Part shown: positions 1 through 8,426 of the stretch, in pieces
How the letters are laid out: the number at the start of each line of letters is the position of its first letter
Numbering within the stretch: position 1 is the stretch's first letter
DNA from: Ignavibacteriota bacterium
GTDB lineage: Bacteria > Bacteroidota > Ignavibacteria > UBA10030
Assembly: GCA_963701295.1 (NCBI GenBank)
Contig: OY969585.1
Span: 2,624,001-2,688,000, forward strand
DNA: 64,000 bases
Direction: 5' to 3'
Position numbers and translations under genes: made by a program
The notes under the pieces: model-generated
Told to the model about the DNA's origin: nothing
Database searches by the model: none
Seen by the model: the letters and a program-made list of their open reading frames with translations, nothing else

Positions 1-2
1 CT

Positions 3-1004
3 TTGCGAGACAGTTCGCTCGTCTCAAGAGTAGAGTTGACAACGCAGCTTATTCAGCCCTACTTCTTGAATAACAAAACAAGTATCAGCGCCGCATTTTC
101 TGCTATGCTCAATAAACAGACTACGTATTATAATCCAAGTCTGAGCTTTCGTCTTGGTACTCAATCACAGACCGCAACCTACACAAGACTTTTAATAGAT
201 TGGAATCTTCAACTGAGCGATCCAAAAAAAGTCGCAACCCTGCAGGATACCATCAATCAAGAATTAGGCTTTATAAAACAATTCAATTCATTTATTACAG
301 TCACCTTGCAACGCGATAAACGCAATGATATTTTCTATCCGTCAGCTGGTTTTTTCCAATCTATTTCAATCGAAGAAGGCGGGTTATTTCCGCGGACATT
401 TGGCGGAATGCTAGGTTTGGATCTTCCATATTCCCAATATGTCAAAATGACTCTCGATGGACAATGGTATTTGGATCCAAGTAAAAAGCAAAACCTCATC
501 TGGGCATTACGCGCGCAAGCAGGGGCAGCACTTCTCTACGGTCATTCGCCATTGAAGGATATTCCGCTTACACAACGGTTTTATTCGGGGGGGAGTGGAA
601 GTGTTCGTGGCTGGAGGGCAATGGCTCTTGGTACAATGCCGGATACTCTGAGAAATCTGGGAGGGAATGCAATGTTGGAAGGAACCATCGAAGCACGATG
701 GAATCCCCTCAATGAAGCCGGAACATTTTGGTTCCTCGATCTCGAAAAAATTTCATTTGTTTTCTTTTATGACTTGGGCAATCTCTGGACAGCGCCTCAA
801 AAGATGGATTTGAATGAAATTGCTATGGCGTTTGGACTTGGATTGAGATATAACACGATTGCCGGACCTATCCGCATTGACTTTGGTATGAAATTGTATG
901 ATCCTGACGCTCCTACAACAAGAAGATGGGTGACACAAAAAGGATTTTTCTCTGAAACAGTCAAAAACGGTTTTTTCCAACTTGGAGTCGGTCATACATT
1001 CTAA
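3..1004 (+). CDS. Omp85/BamA-TamA family outer membrane protein, C-terminal part (5' truncated by window edge)
   Basis: RFYSGGSGSVRGW motif, GLGLRYNTIAGPIRIDFG strands and C-terminal Phe typical of Omp85 barrels. Confidence 0.9.
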   Translation: MRDSSLVSRVELTTQLIQPYFLNNKTSISAAFSAMLNKQTTYYNPSLSFRLGTQSQTATYTRLLIDWNLQLSDPKKVATLQDTINQELGFIKQFNSFITVTLQRDKRNDIFYPSAGFFQSISIEEGGLFPRTFGGMLGLDLPYSQYVKMTLDGQWYLDPSKKQNLIWALRAQAGAALLYGHSPLKDIPLTQRFYSGGSGSVRGWRAMALGTMPDTLRNLGGNAMLEGTIEARWNPLNEAGTFWFLDLEKISFVFFYDLGNLWTAPQKMDLNEIAMAFGLGLRYNTIAGPIRIDFGMKLYDPDAPTTRRWVTQKGFFSETVKNGFFQLGVGHTF

Positions 1005-1016
1005 GGCACATCAAGT

Positions 1017-2144
1017 ATGAGTTGGTCGTCAATTATAGGACAAGAACGCATCAAAATGCAGCTGAAGCAGACTCTGCAAAACCACCGGATTGCTCATGCG
1101 TATCTTTTCTATGGACCTGAAGGAATCGGAAAAGATGCCCTAGCAATTGAATTCGCAAAAGCTATGAACTGCGAGACTGGGACCGCAGAAGCTTGCGGTA
1201 CATGCAAGAACTGCAGGCGCATGGATACATTTCAACATCCTAATACCAAGCTGGTATTCGCGCTTCCTACCGGGAAAAATGAAAAAACTGGTGACGATCC
1301 GATTACTGTGCTTACCGAAGCGCAGGTTGCTGATGTGCGGGACCAGATCCAACGGAAAGCAAAAGACCCGTACCATCGCATAGAAGTGCAAAAAGCAAAC
1401 TTTATCAAGATTAATAGCGTTCGGGATATCAAGCGTGAGGCGTCTATGAGCCGAGCGGAAGAAGGGAAAAAGATATTCATCGTCCTCAATGCAGATATGA
1501 TGAATGCAGAGGCAAGTAATTCACTTTTAAAGACTTTGGAAGAACCACTGCCCGGAATAATTCTTCTTCTGACAACATCAGTAAAAGACCAATTGCTGCC
1601 AACGATCATTTCTCGCTGTCAATTACTCCAATGTGATTCGTTGCAGGATGCGGAAATTGAAAGTGCTCTCGTCAGCAGAGAAGGAGTTAACCATTCGATT
1701 GCCCGTCTTGCGGCACAACTTTCCCAAGGAAGTTATGGGAATGCTCGGCGCCTGAGTTCATTGAACATGGTAGATGAGCGAAAAGATGTTGTCGAATTCT
1801 TGCGCTTGGTACTTAGCAAGAATAGAGCAACGCTCATCGATGCAATTGATGAACTTGCATCGTCTTCTGATCGTTCCGGTATTGAGCGCTGGCTGAAACT
1901 TCTCCAGTCATGGTTGCGTGATGCGCTCCTTCTGCAGCAAAACGCGCAAGCGCCATTGCTCGACGATGAGAAGAAAAGTATGGATAATTTTGTTGCAAAA
2001 TTTAACCACGCAAATCTTATTGCCTCCATTCAGACTGTCGAGAAGGCGATTGCTCATCTAGACAAAAATGTCTACCTTCATCTAATTCTAACGACGTTAG
2101 CAATTGATCTACGGAAATTTATAACGGAAGCACCATCAGTATGA
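1017..2144 (+). CDS. holB: DNA polymerase III subunit delta'
   Basis: HAYLFYGPEGIGK, Zn motif CGTCKNC, NSLLKTLEEP, LLPTIISRCQ. Confidence 0.92.
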   Translation: MSWSSIIGQERIKMQLKQTLQNHRIAHAYLFYGPEGIGKDALAIEFAKAMNCETGTAEACGTCKNCRRMDTFQHPNTKLVFALPTGKNEKTGDDPITVLTEAQVADVRDQIQRKAKDPYHRIEVQKANFIKINSVRDIKREASMSRAEEGKKIFIVLNADMMNAEASNSLLKTLEEPLPGIILLLTTSVKDQLLPTIISRCQLLQCDSLQDAEIESALVSREGVNHSIARLAAQLSQGSYGNARRLSSLNMVDERKDVVEFLRLVLSKNRATLIDAIDELASSSDRSGIERWLKLLQSWLRDALLLQQNAQAPLLDDEKKSMDNFVAKFNHANLIASIQTVEKAIAHLDKNVYLHLILTTLAIDLRKFITEAPSV

Positions 2145-4210
2145 AATCCCCCTTCAAACGAATCCTTATTACAGCAGCATTGCCGTATGCGAACGGATAT
2201 CTGCACCTTGGTCATCTTGCAGGCGCTTATTTGCCTGCAGATATCTATGCCCGTTATCAACGACTGAAGAAACGTGATGTTCTCTTCCTCTGCGGCTCCG
2301 ATGAACATGGTGTCGCAATTACCGTTTCAGCGGAAAAAGAAAAGACAACGCCAAAGAACATTATCGACCGTTACCATCCGGCCAATAAGGCGGCATTCGA
2401 AGCATTTGAAATGAGTTTTGATAATTACTCGCGTACATCGCTTTCTTTACACCACGAAACAACGAAAGATTTTTTTAGAGAATTCCACAAACGCGGTATT
2501 GTGATCGATAAGAAAGAACAGCAGTTGTATTGTTTAAAAGATTCTATGTTTCTTGCCGACCGTTATGTTGAAGGCACTTGCCCCAAATGTAAATCAACGC
2601 AGGCGCGTGGTGATCAATGCGAGAATTGCGGTACTTGGCTGGATCAAACTGAACTCATTGATCCAAAGTGCAAATTGTGCGGAACGACACCAGTTGTGAG
2701 GGAAACAACCCATTGGTACTTCCCACTCGGAAATTATCAGCTGCGATTGGAATCGTACATCGCTGAACGAAACAAAAGAGATGGCTGGAAAGACAATGTT
2801 CTTCGATATTGCGAAGGATGGTTCAAAGATGGGTTGAAAGACCGTGCAGTGACACGCGATCTGAATTGGGGTGTGCACGTGCCAGTAGCAGGATACGAAG
2901 ATAAAGTCATTTATGTTTGGTTCGATGCGGTGCTTGGCTATATTTCATCTGGTAAAGAATGGGCAACAGCTCACGGAAAACCAGAAGCGTGGAAAGAATA
3001 TTGGCAGAAGGAAGACACAAAGTATGTTGCCTTTATCGGCAAAGACAATGTTGTATTTCATTGCATCGTTTTTCCGGCGATGCTGATGGCTTGGAATGAC
3101 AGCAATACCAATCACTATGTATTGCCGGAGAATGTGCCTGCAAACGAGTTTCTTAATTTTGAAGGCCAAAAGTTTTCTAAGAGCCGCGGATGGGGAATTG
3201 ATGTTCAAGAATTTCTGAAATTCTTTTCTGCAGACATGTTGCGGTATGCTCTTGCTGTCAACCTTCCTGAAACTCGCGACAGTGATTTTTATTTGAAAGA
3301 TTTTCAGGCGCGCATCAATAATGAATTGGCAGATATTACTGGGAACTTTGTTAATCGCACGATTGCATTCATAGATAAGAATTTCGGAGGGATTGTACCA
3401 AAGCTTGGCACGCTCAATAAGCTTGACGAAGAAGTTCTTGCAGCAGTGAAACAAGCACCATATAAAATTGGTGAGCTGTTTGAACATTACAATTTTCGCG
3501 AAGGATTGATGGAAGTGATGAATCTTTCCCGTGCTGCGAACAAGTATTTTAATGACAGCGAGCCATGGAAGACACTAAAGTCGAGTCCGGAACACTGCTC
3601 AACGACTCTTCATATTGCAATCCAAATAGTGAGGTCTCTTGCAATTTTGTTGGAACCTGTCGTACCTGCCACTTCTGGAAAAATTTGGAAACTCCTCAAT
3701 CTCGATATTCCAGTGGGAGAAGATGGGTGGGATTCTGCATCTGAATTCCGATTGAAAGAAGGACATCAACTGAACAAACCAGAAATTCTCATAGCCAAAA
3801 TTGAGGATAAGCAGATCGACGAAATTGTGAAATTCCTTGAAGGTGGAGATAAGCTTGAAGCCGTTCCAGTTTCTCCTCTGAAACCTACGATCACGATTGA
3901 TGATTTTAAAAAAGTCGATCTTCGCGTCGGACGAGTTATCGAAGCAGAAAAAGTACCAAAGTCTGAAAAGCTTATCAAACTGCAAGTTGAAATAGGGAGC
4001 GAAAAGCGTCAGGTAGTTGCAGGCATTGCCCAGCATTACAAACCGGAGGATTTAATCGGAAAGTTGATCGTTGTTGTTGTGAACCTCCAACCAGCAAAGC
4101 TTATGGGGCAGGAATCGCAAGGCATGATTCTTGCCGCTAGCAATGAATCCGGTACATTAACGCTCATTGGTGTACAATCGGAAATATCCACAGGAGCGAT
4201 TGTGAAGTAA
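2141..4210 (+). CDS. metG: methionine--tRNA ligase with C-terminal tRNA-binding domain
   Basis: ALPYANGYLHLGH (HIGH), KFSKS (KMSKS), Zn knuckles, C-terminal OB fold; ATGA overlap with holB. Confidence 0.97.
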   Translation: MKSPFKRILITAALPYANGYLHLGHLAGAYLPADIYARYQRLKKRDVLFLCGSDEHGVAITVSAEKEKTTPKNIIDRYHPANKAAFEAFEMSFDNYSRTSLSLHHETTKDFFREFHKRGIVIDKKEQQLYCLKDSMFLADRYVEGTCPKCKSTQARGDQCENCGTWLDQTELIDPKCKLCGTTPVVRETTHWYFPLGNYQLRLESYIAERNKRDGWKDNVLRYCEGWFKDGLKDRAVTRDLNWGVHVPVAGYEDKVIYVWFDAVLGYISSGKEWATAHGKPEAWKEYWQKEDTKYVAFIGKDNVVFHCIVFPAMLMAWNDSNTNHYVLPENVPANEFLNFEGQKFSKSRGWGIDVQEFLKFFSADMLRYALAVNLPETRDSDFYLKDFQARINNELADITGNFVNRTIAFIDKNFGGIVPKLGTLNKLDEEVLAAVKQAPYKIGELFEHYNFREGLMEVMNLSRAANKYFNDSEPWKTLKSSPEHCSTTLHIAIQIVRSLAILLEPVVPATSGKIWKLLNLDIPVGEDGWDSASEFRLKEGHQLNKPEILIAKIEDKQIDEIVKFLEGGDKLEAVPVSPLKPTITIDDFKKVDLRVGRVIEAEKVPKSEKLIKLQVEIGSEKRQVVAGIAQHYKPEDLIGKLIVVVVNLQPAKLMGQESQGMILAASNESGTLTLIGVQSEISTGAIVK

Positions 4211-4282
4211 AGCGTTGTGCCTGAACACTATGGTTCGGCATTATGATAGAGTGGTAAAATCAATTTTATAGAGGAGTATTGC

Positions 4283-5176
4283 ATGAGTAAAATGAAATCA
4301 CTGCTTGGCCCTATGCGAGTACCGTTTTTGATCCTGGCACCTGCGTGTGTTGCTGTGGGTGCGGGAACGGCCTTCTGGCAAACCCATGCAATAAGCTGGA
4401 TCCAAGTTTTTATTATTATTATAGGCGCGCTTGCAAGTCATATTAGCGTAAATGTATTTAACGAATATTTTGATTTCAAAAGCGGACTTGACGCTAAGAC
4501 TCAACGCACACCCTTCAGCGGCGGCAGCGGCACACTGCCGGCACATCCGGAAATGAAGAAAAGCATTCTTTATCTTGCCATATTCTCTTTTGTTATTACT
4601 GCGATAGTTGGATTTTATTTCATATGGCTGCGAGGTTTCCTCTTGTTGCCACTTGGCACCATTGGATTGATCTTATTGGTAACATATACTATTTGGTGGG
4701 CATATAATCCGATTCTCTGTTTGATAGCGCCGGGATTGGGTTTCGGTGTTCTCATGGTTATGGGGACGCACTTCTGTTTGACAGGTTCATATAGCTGGAT
4801 ATCCTTCGTTGCATCTCTTGTACCTACATTTCTTGTGAGCGACTTGCTACTGCTCAATCAATTTCCTGATGTGGATGCCGATAAAAGCATCGGACGCAAA
4901 CATTTCCCGATTACCATAGGGCGGCAAGCCAGCGCTCTGATATATGGTGCCTTCTTGCTGTTAGCGTATGTTTCGGTAGTGATTGGTGTGTTTTTTGTTT
5001 TACTGCCTCGCTATAGCCTGCTTGCTCTCTTGACAGTTATCCCTGCTTGGAAAGCCTATCGGGGTGCATACCAAAACGCTGAAAATATCCCAGCCCTGAT
5101 TCCCTCGATGGGTCTAAACGTAGTTATCAATTTGACAACGCCGATTTTGCTCGCTGTCGGACTTTTTATCGGATAA
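4283..5176 (+). CDS. UbiA-family prenyltransferase, MenA-like (DHNA polyprenyltransferase)
   Basis: NEYFDFKSGLD, TPFSGGSG and NQFPDVDAD motifs; multiple TM helices; GAGGAG RBS. Confidence 0.85.
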   Translation: MSKMKSLLGPMRVPFLILAPACVAVGAGTAFWQTHAISWIQVFIIIIGALASHISVNVFNEYFDFKSGLDAKTQRTPFSGGSGTLPAHPEMKKSILYLAIFSFVITAIVGFYFIWLRGFLLLPLGTIGLILLVTYTIWWAYNPILCLIAPGLGFGVLMVMGTHFCLTGSYSWISFVASLVPTFLVSDLLLLNQFPDVDADKSIGRKHFPITIGRQASALIYGAFLLLAYVSVVIGVFFVLLPRYSLLALLTVIPAWKAYRGAYQNAENIPALIPSMGLNVVINLTTPILLAVGLFIG

Positions 5177-5238
5177 TAAATTAAACACCTCAAAGGTATG
5201 GCGCATATAGATGTAGTACAGATCTAAAAGTTATTTGT

Positions 5239-5611
5239 GCGACTACAAACTTTGTGGATACGACGAATACGGAAGAATGCAAGGACCTGATAAATGAGTC
5301 GGGGTTTATTCCGGCGAAGCGTATAACCTTATACGAACTTGCCATTCGTGTTTGCAGTGTGGGCAGTTCAAAAAACTATGTCTCAAGAAAAGAAAAATGA
5401 ACTCCATGAAATTATACAGCATTCACTTGCGCATGCTGAGGAAGATTATTCCTTAGCGGGGATAATGCATGCAAAGCGAATACATCTCACACGTGATGAA
5501 TCGGTGGACTATCTCGCAGGTTTCAACTTCCGCATGGGCGTACGGGAATGAGCGGCGATTAAAAAATTTCAAGGTCTGCTATTAGAAATTGAAAAATTGG
5601 AGCGTGTATAA
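5239..5611 (+). pseudogene. chimeric remnant: 3' end of an mqnC-like gene joined to the 3' part of mqnA (chorismate dehydratase), with internal TGA
   Basis: 5239-5340 encodes ATTNFVDTTNTEECKDLINESGFIPAKRITLYEL, matching the MqnC C-terminus at ~7470-7570; from 5339 another frame reads LPFVFAVWA (MqnA signature)...GVRE*AAIKKF; no 5' parts present. Confidence 0.8.
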
Positions 5612-5647
5612 TATTTCTAAGTTGGGGAAATATCTACTGGAAGGGCT

Positions 5648-6496
5648 ATGCCGGAACAATTATTTAAAAAATATGAAGAATTAATAACCAACGGAACTCA
5701 ATTAGCGCCGCAAGGAGGATTCGAAGCCTCCGGGTATAATGCGCGATTACAGAATAAATATATGGATTGGCGCAAAGCATGTCTGGAGGCGCTCGAGTCA
5801 TCTGGGCCGATTGGCTTCCCGTACAAGCAAAAAATTCTCGGCGATAAAAATGGGGGATTCTTTTTTCAACCATCCGCCCAGTTGGTTCTCAACTGTATGC
5901 GTGAATTGTACGAAAAAGTTAAAGCTTCGCCCGATCTCGTATCAGCTCCGGCTGCTCCGGCCATGGATCTTCCGACGCCGACAGTTCAGAATGCAACAGA
6001 CACAGGAGGAGTTCGCGTGCTGAAACCGCCGCCAAAACCATCAGCGGCTCAACCGGCTCCTGCAACGGCGGTGGCCCAGCCTTTCCAACAGCCGCAAACA
6101 GCTGCACAACCTGGCAAAGTATATGTAATAGGAGAAGCGGATGATCCTTTGTACGCTCAATTATTGCAATTTCTCAGAGAAGTCGGATTAGAAGAAATCA
6201 ATCTGGAACGTCAACACGGGCAAATGCTTTCCCTCGAAACACTTCAAATGGATGCCGGCGTAAAATTTGCATTTTTTGTTATCAATTCGGATGACCTCAC
6301 ATATGCAATGTTCGAGATTGGACATTTCGTAGGGAAACTGGGAAAGAACCGTGTCTGTGTTCTCCATATGTCGGATGTAAGTTTTCCAAAAAACGTGCCA
6401 GGAGTGATTGCGAAACCGATTGTTGTCAAGTTGGAAGAAGCAAGCTTAGGATTATTGCGGGAACTCAAAGCCGCAGGATGTCAAATAAATTTGTAG
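5648..6496 (+). CDS. protein with C-terminal TIR-like (CAP12/PF10137-type) domain and Pro/Ala/Gln-rich linker
   Basis: FEIGHFVGKLGKNRVCVL and terminal RELKAAG resemble the PF10137 consensus (FELGYFIGKLGR..VC; KELKAAG). Confidence 0.7.
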   Translation: MPEQLFKKYEELITNGTQLAPQGGFEASGYNARLQNKYMDWRKACLEALESSGPIGFPYKQKILGDKNGGFFFQPSAQLVLNCMRELYEKVKASPDLVSAPAAPAMDLPTPTVQNATDTGGVRVLKPPPKPSAAQPAPATAVAQPFQQPQTAAQPGKVYVIGEADDPLYAQLLQFLREVGLEEINLERQHGQMLSLETLQMDAGVKFAFFVINSDDLTYAMFEIGHFVGKLGKNRVCVLHMSDVSFPKNVPGVIAKPIVVKLEEASLGLLRELKAAGCQINL

Positions 6497-6506
6497 GATA
6501 TGTTCC

Positions 6507-7603
6507 ATGACGCTGGAAGAAATTTATCAGAAGGTTCGGGAAGGTGTTCGTATATCGCGGGAAGCAGGATTGTTTCTGTTAAGGAATGCGGAGTTATTAG
6601 ACCTTGGCGACATAGCAAATGAAATCCAATTTCAAAAAAATCCGAAACAATGGATAACTTATTTGCTCGATACCAATCCGAATTATTCAAATGTCTGCAA
6701 CGTCGATTGTATCTTCTGCGCATTCTACCGGCATCCGGGCGAAGAAGGCGCGTACCGTCTATCGAGTGATGAATTAATAAAGAAATTCAAGGAAGCGGTA
6801 TCGCAAGGTATCACGACCGTGCTTCTCCAGGGCGGAGTTGACCCTGCAATTCCATTTGAATATTATCTCGAACTTGTCGAACGCACAGTGAAGGAAGTTC
6901 CGAAGATTTATCCGCATTTCTTTTCCACATCAGAAATTATTGTGATGTCGCAAGTCTCCGGCTTATCGATTCAGGGTGTGCTGGAGAAATTATGGGAAAA
7001 AGGATTACGGTCTATTCCTGGCGGCGGTGCCGAAATTCTCTCAGACCGCGTAAGAAAGAAGATTAGCAGTAAAAAAGATTCTTCCGCCGATTGGCTGAAT
7101 GTCATGCGTATTGCCCAGAAGATTGGTTATAAAACAACGGCAACAATGATGTACGGCCATCTGGAGACAGACGAAGATATCGTTGAGCATCTCGAAAGTG
7201 TCCGACAGCTGCAGGATGAGACCGGCGGGTTCACTGCCTTCATTCCGTGGTCATTTAAGCCCGGTAACACGCCTTTAGAGAAGATTATTCCGCATTATGC
7301 TACCTCTTCCTGCGGTATCTGCAGATGATCGCCTTCTCACGCGTTTATTTAGACAATTTTCATTATATCCAGGCGTTGTGGTTCTCAGAAGGGAAGAAGA
7401 TCGGCCAGATTGCTTTGCACTTTGGCGCCGATGATTTTGGCGGAATATTGCTTGAAGAGAATGTACATGCGGCTGCTAATTTCATCAACACAACCAATGC
7501 CGAAGAGTGCAAGAACCTGATACGGGAATCAGGATTTATTCCAGTGCAGCGTACAACACTGTACGAAATTATCAAAGTAGAAGAAAAATCTGTTGCAGCA
7601 TAA
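6507..7603 (+). pseudogene. mqnC: cyclic dehypoxanthinyl futalosine synthase (radical SAM), split by a frameshift near 7310
   Basis: CNVDCIFC, LLQGG, PGGGAEIL, TATMMYGH, FTAFIPWSF in ORF 6507-7328; continuation RYLQMIAFSR...DDFGG..EENV in the -1 frame to 7603. Confidence 0.88.
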
Positions 7604-7623
7604 CATCCTCAATGAACGGATGA

Positions 7624-8217
7624 ATGTCAAAACGTTTTCTTATACTATTCTTTTTAGCGCCTTATATTTTTGGGTTCGCTCCGCAGGATTCTTCTTATAC
7701 TGAATGCCACATCGGTGCGGGGAGCGGACAATATACTTATGAGGATTGTAGCGGTGAGCATACATCACATTTTTATGATGCAGGCTTTCGTGTAACTCAG
7801 AAATTCAAATCTCCATGGAGATTAGGAGCAAGTGTAAGTGCGATACCTTCTAATGAGCATTTAATATTTTTCGGCTATCCGGACTTTGCCTACGACAATG
7901 GAATCTTTTCATTTGGAACAACAGGTTTACGAGCAGGATACTTAGAAAAAACTTTTTTTGAAATCAAATTCTTGGATGAAATTCCTTATGCAACGGGCAG
8001 AGGACTTTTCCGGATAGGAATGGGGACACCGGTATCACAGAATGGCACGCGCCTTTGGATGGGAGCTAATACAGGAATTTACCAAAATTGGGGATTTGGA
8101 ACCAGTCTGGATTTTCCTCTGGAAGCAAACTATTTTCTGTCTCTTACCGGTCGCTACGGTGAATATAAGAGTATTCCGGAATACGGTATCTCACTTGGAT
8201 TAAAGATTCGGCGTTAG
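7624..8217 (+). CDS. hypothetical exported protein, possible small beta-barrel
   Basis: 197 aa ORF, N-terminal signal-like segment, alternating Gly/aromatic strands. Confidence 0.6.
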   Translation: MSKRFLILFFLAPYIFGFAPQDSSYTECHIGAGSGQYTYEDCSGEHTSHFYDAGFRVTQKFKSPWRLGASVSAIPSNEHLIFFGYPDFAYDNGIFSFGTTGLRAGYLEKTFFEIKFLDEIPYATGRGLFRIGMGTPVSQNGTRLWMGANTGIYQNWGFGTSLDFPLEANYFLSLTGRYGEYKSIPEYGISLGLKIRR

Positions 8218-8378
8218 AATTTTTTATCTCACGTTTTGCCGGTCATACTATCGCAAAAACGGCATCTTACTTTAATTACCCGCCCATTATTGTTCTGTGG
8301 TATTACTGTAGCAATATTTATGGAGTATTCAGAGAAGAACCGGTGACCGAAAGTCTGATAGTGAACGCATCGTGTAGG

Positions 8379-8416
8379 GCTAAAAAATCCGGTACAGGTG
8401 TACCGGATTTTTTAGC
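8379..8416. terminator. probable bidirectional intrinsic terminator
   Basis: perfect 18-bp inverted repeat gctaaaaaatccggtaca-gg-tgtaccggattttttagc with A6/T6 tracts between convergent genes. Confidence 0.8.
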
Positions 8417-8426
8417 ATGATTTTTC

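Noticed and set aside
5549-5551. Selenocysteine or readthrough TGA in the mqnA fragment
   Set aside because: The gene is already 5'-deleted, I saw no SECIS-like hairpin, and a CGA>TGA nonsense change is simpler.
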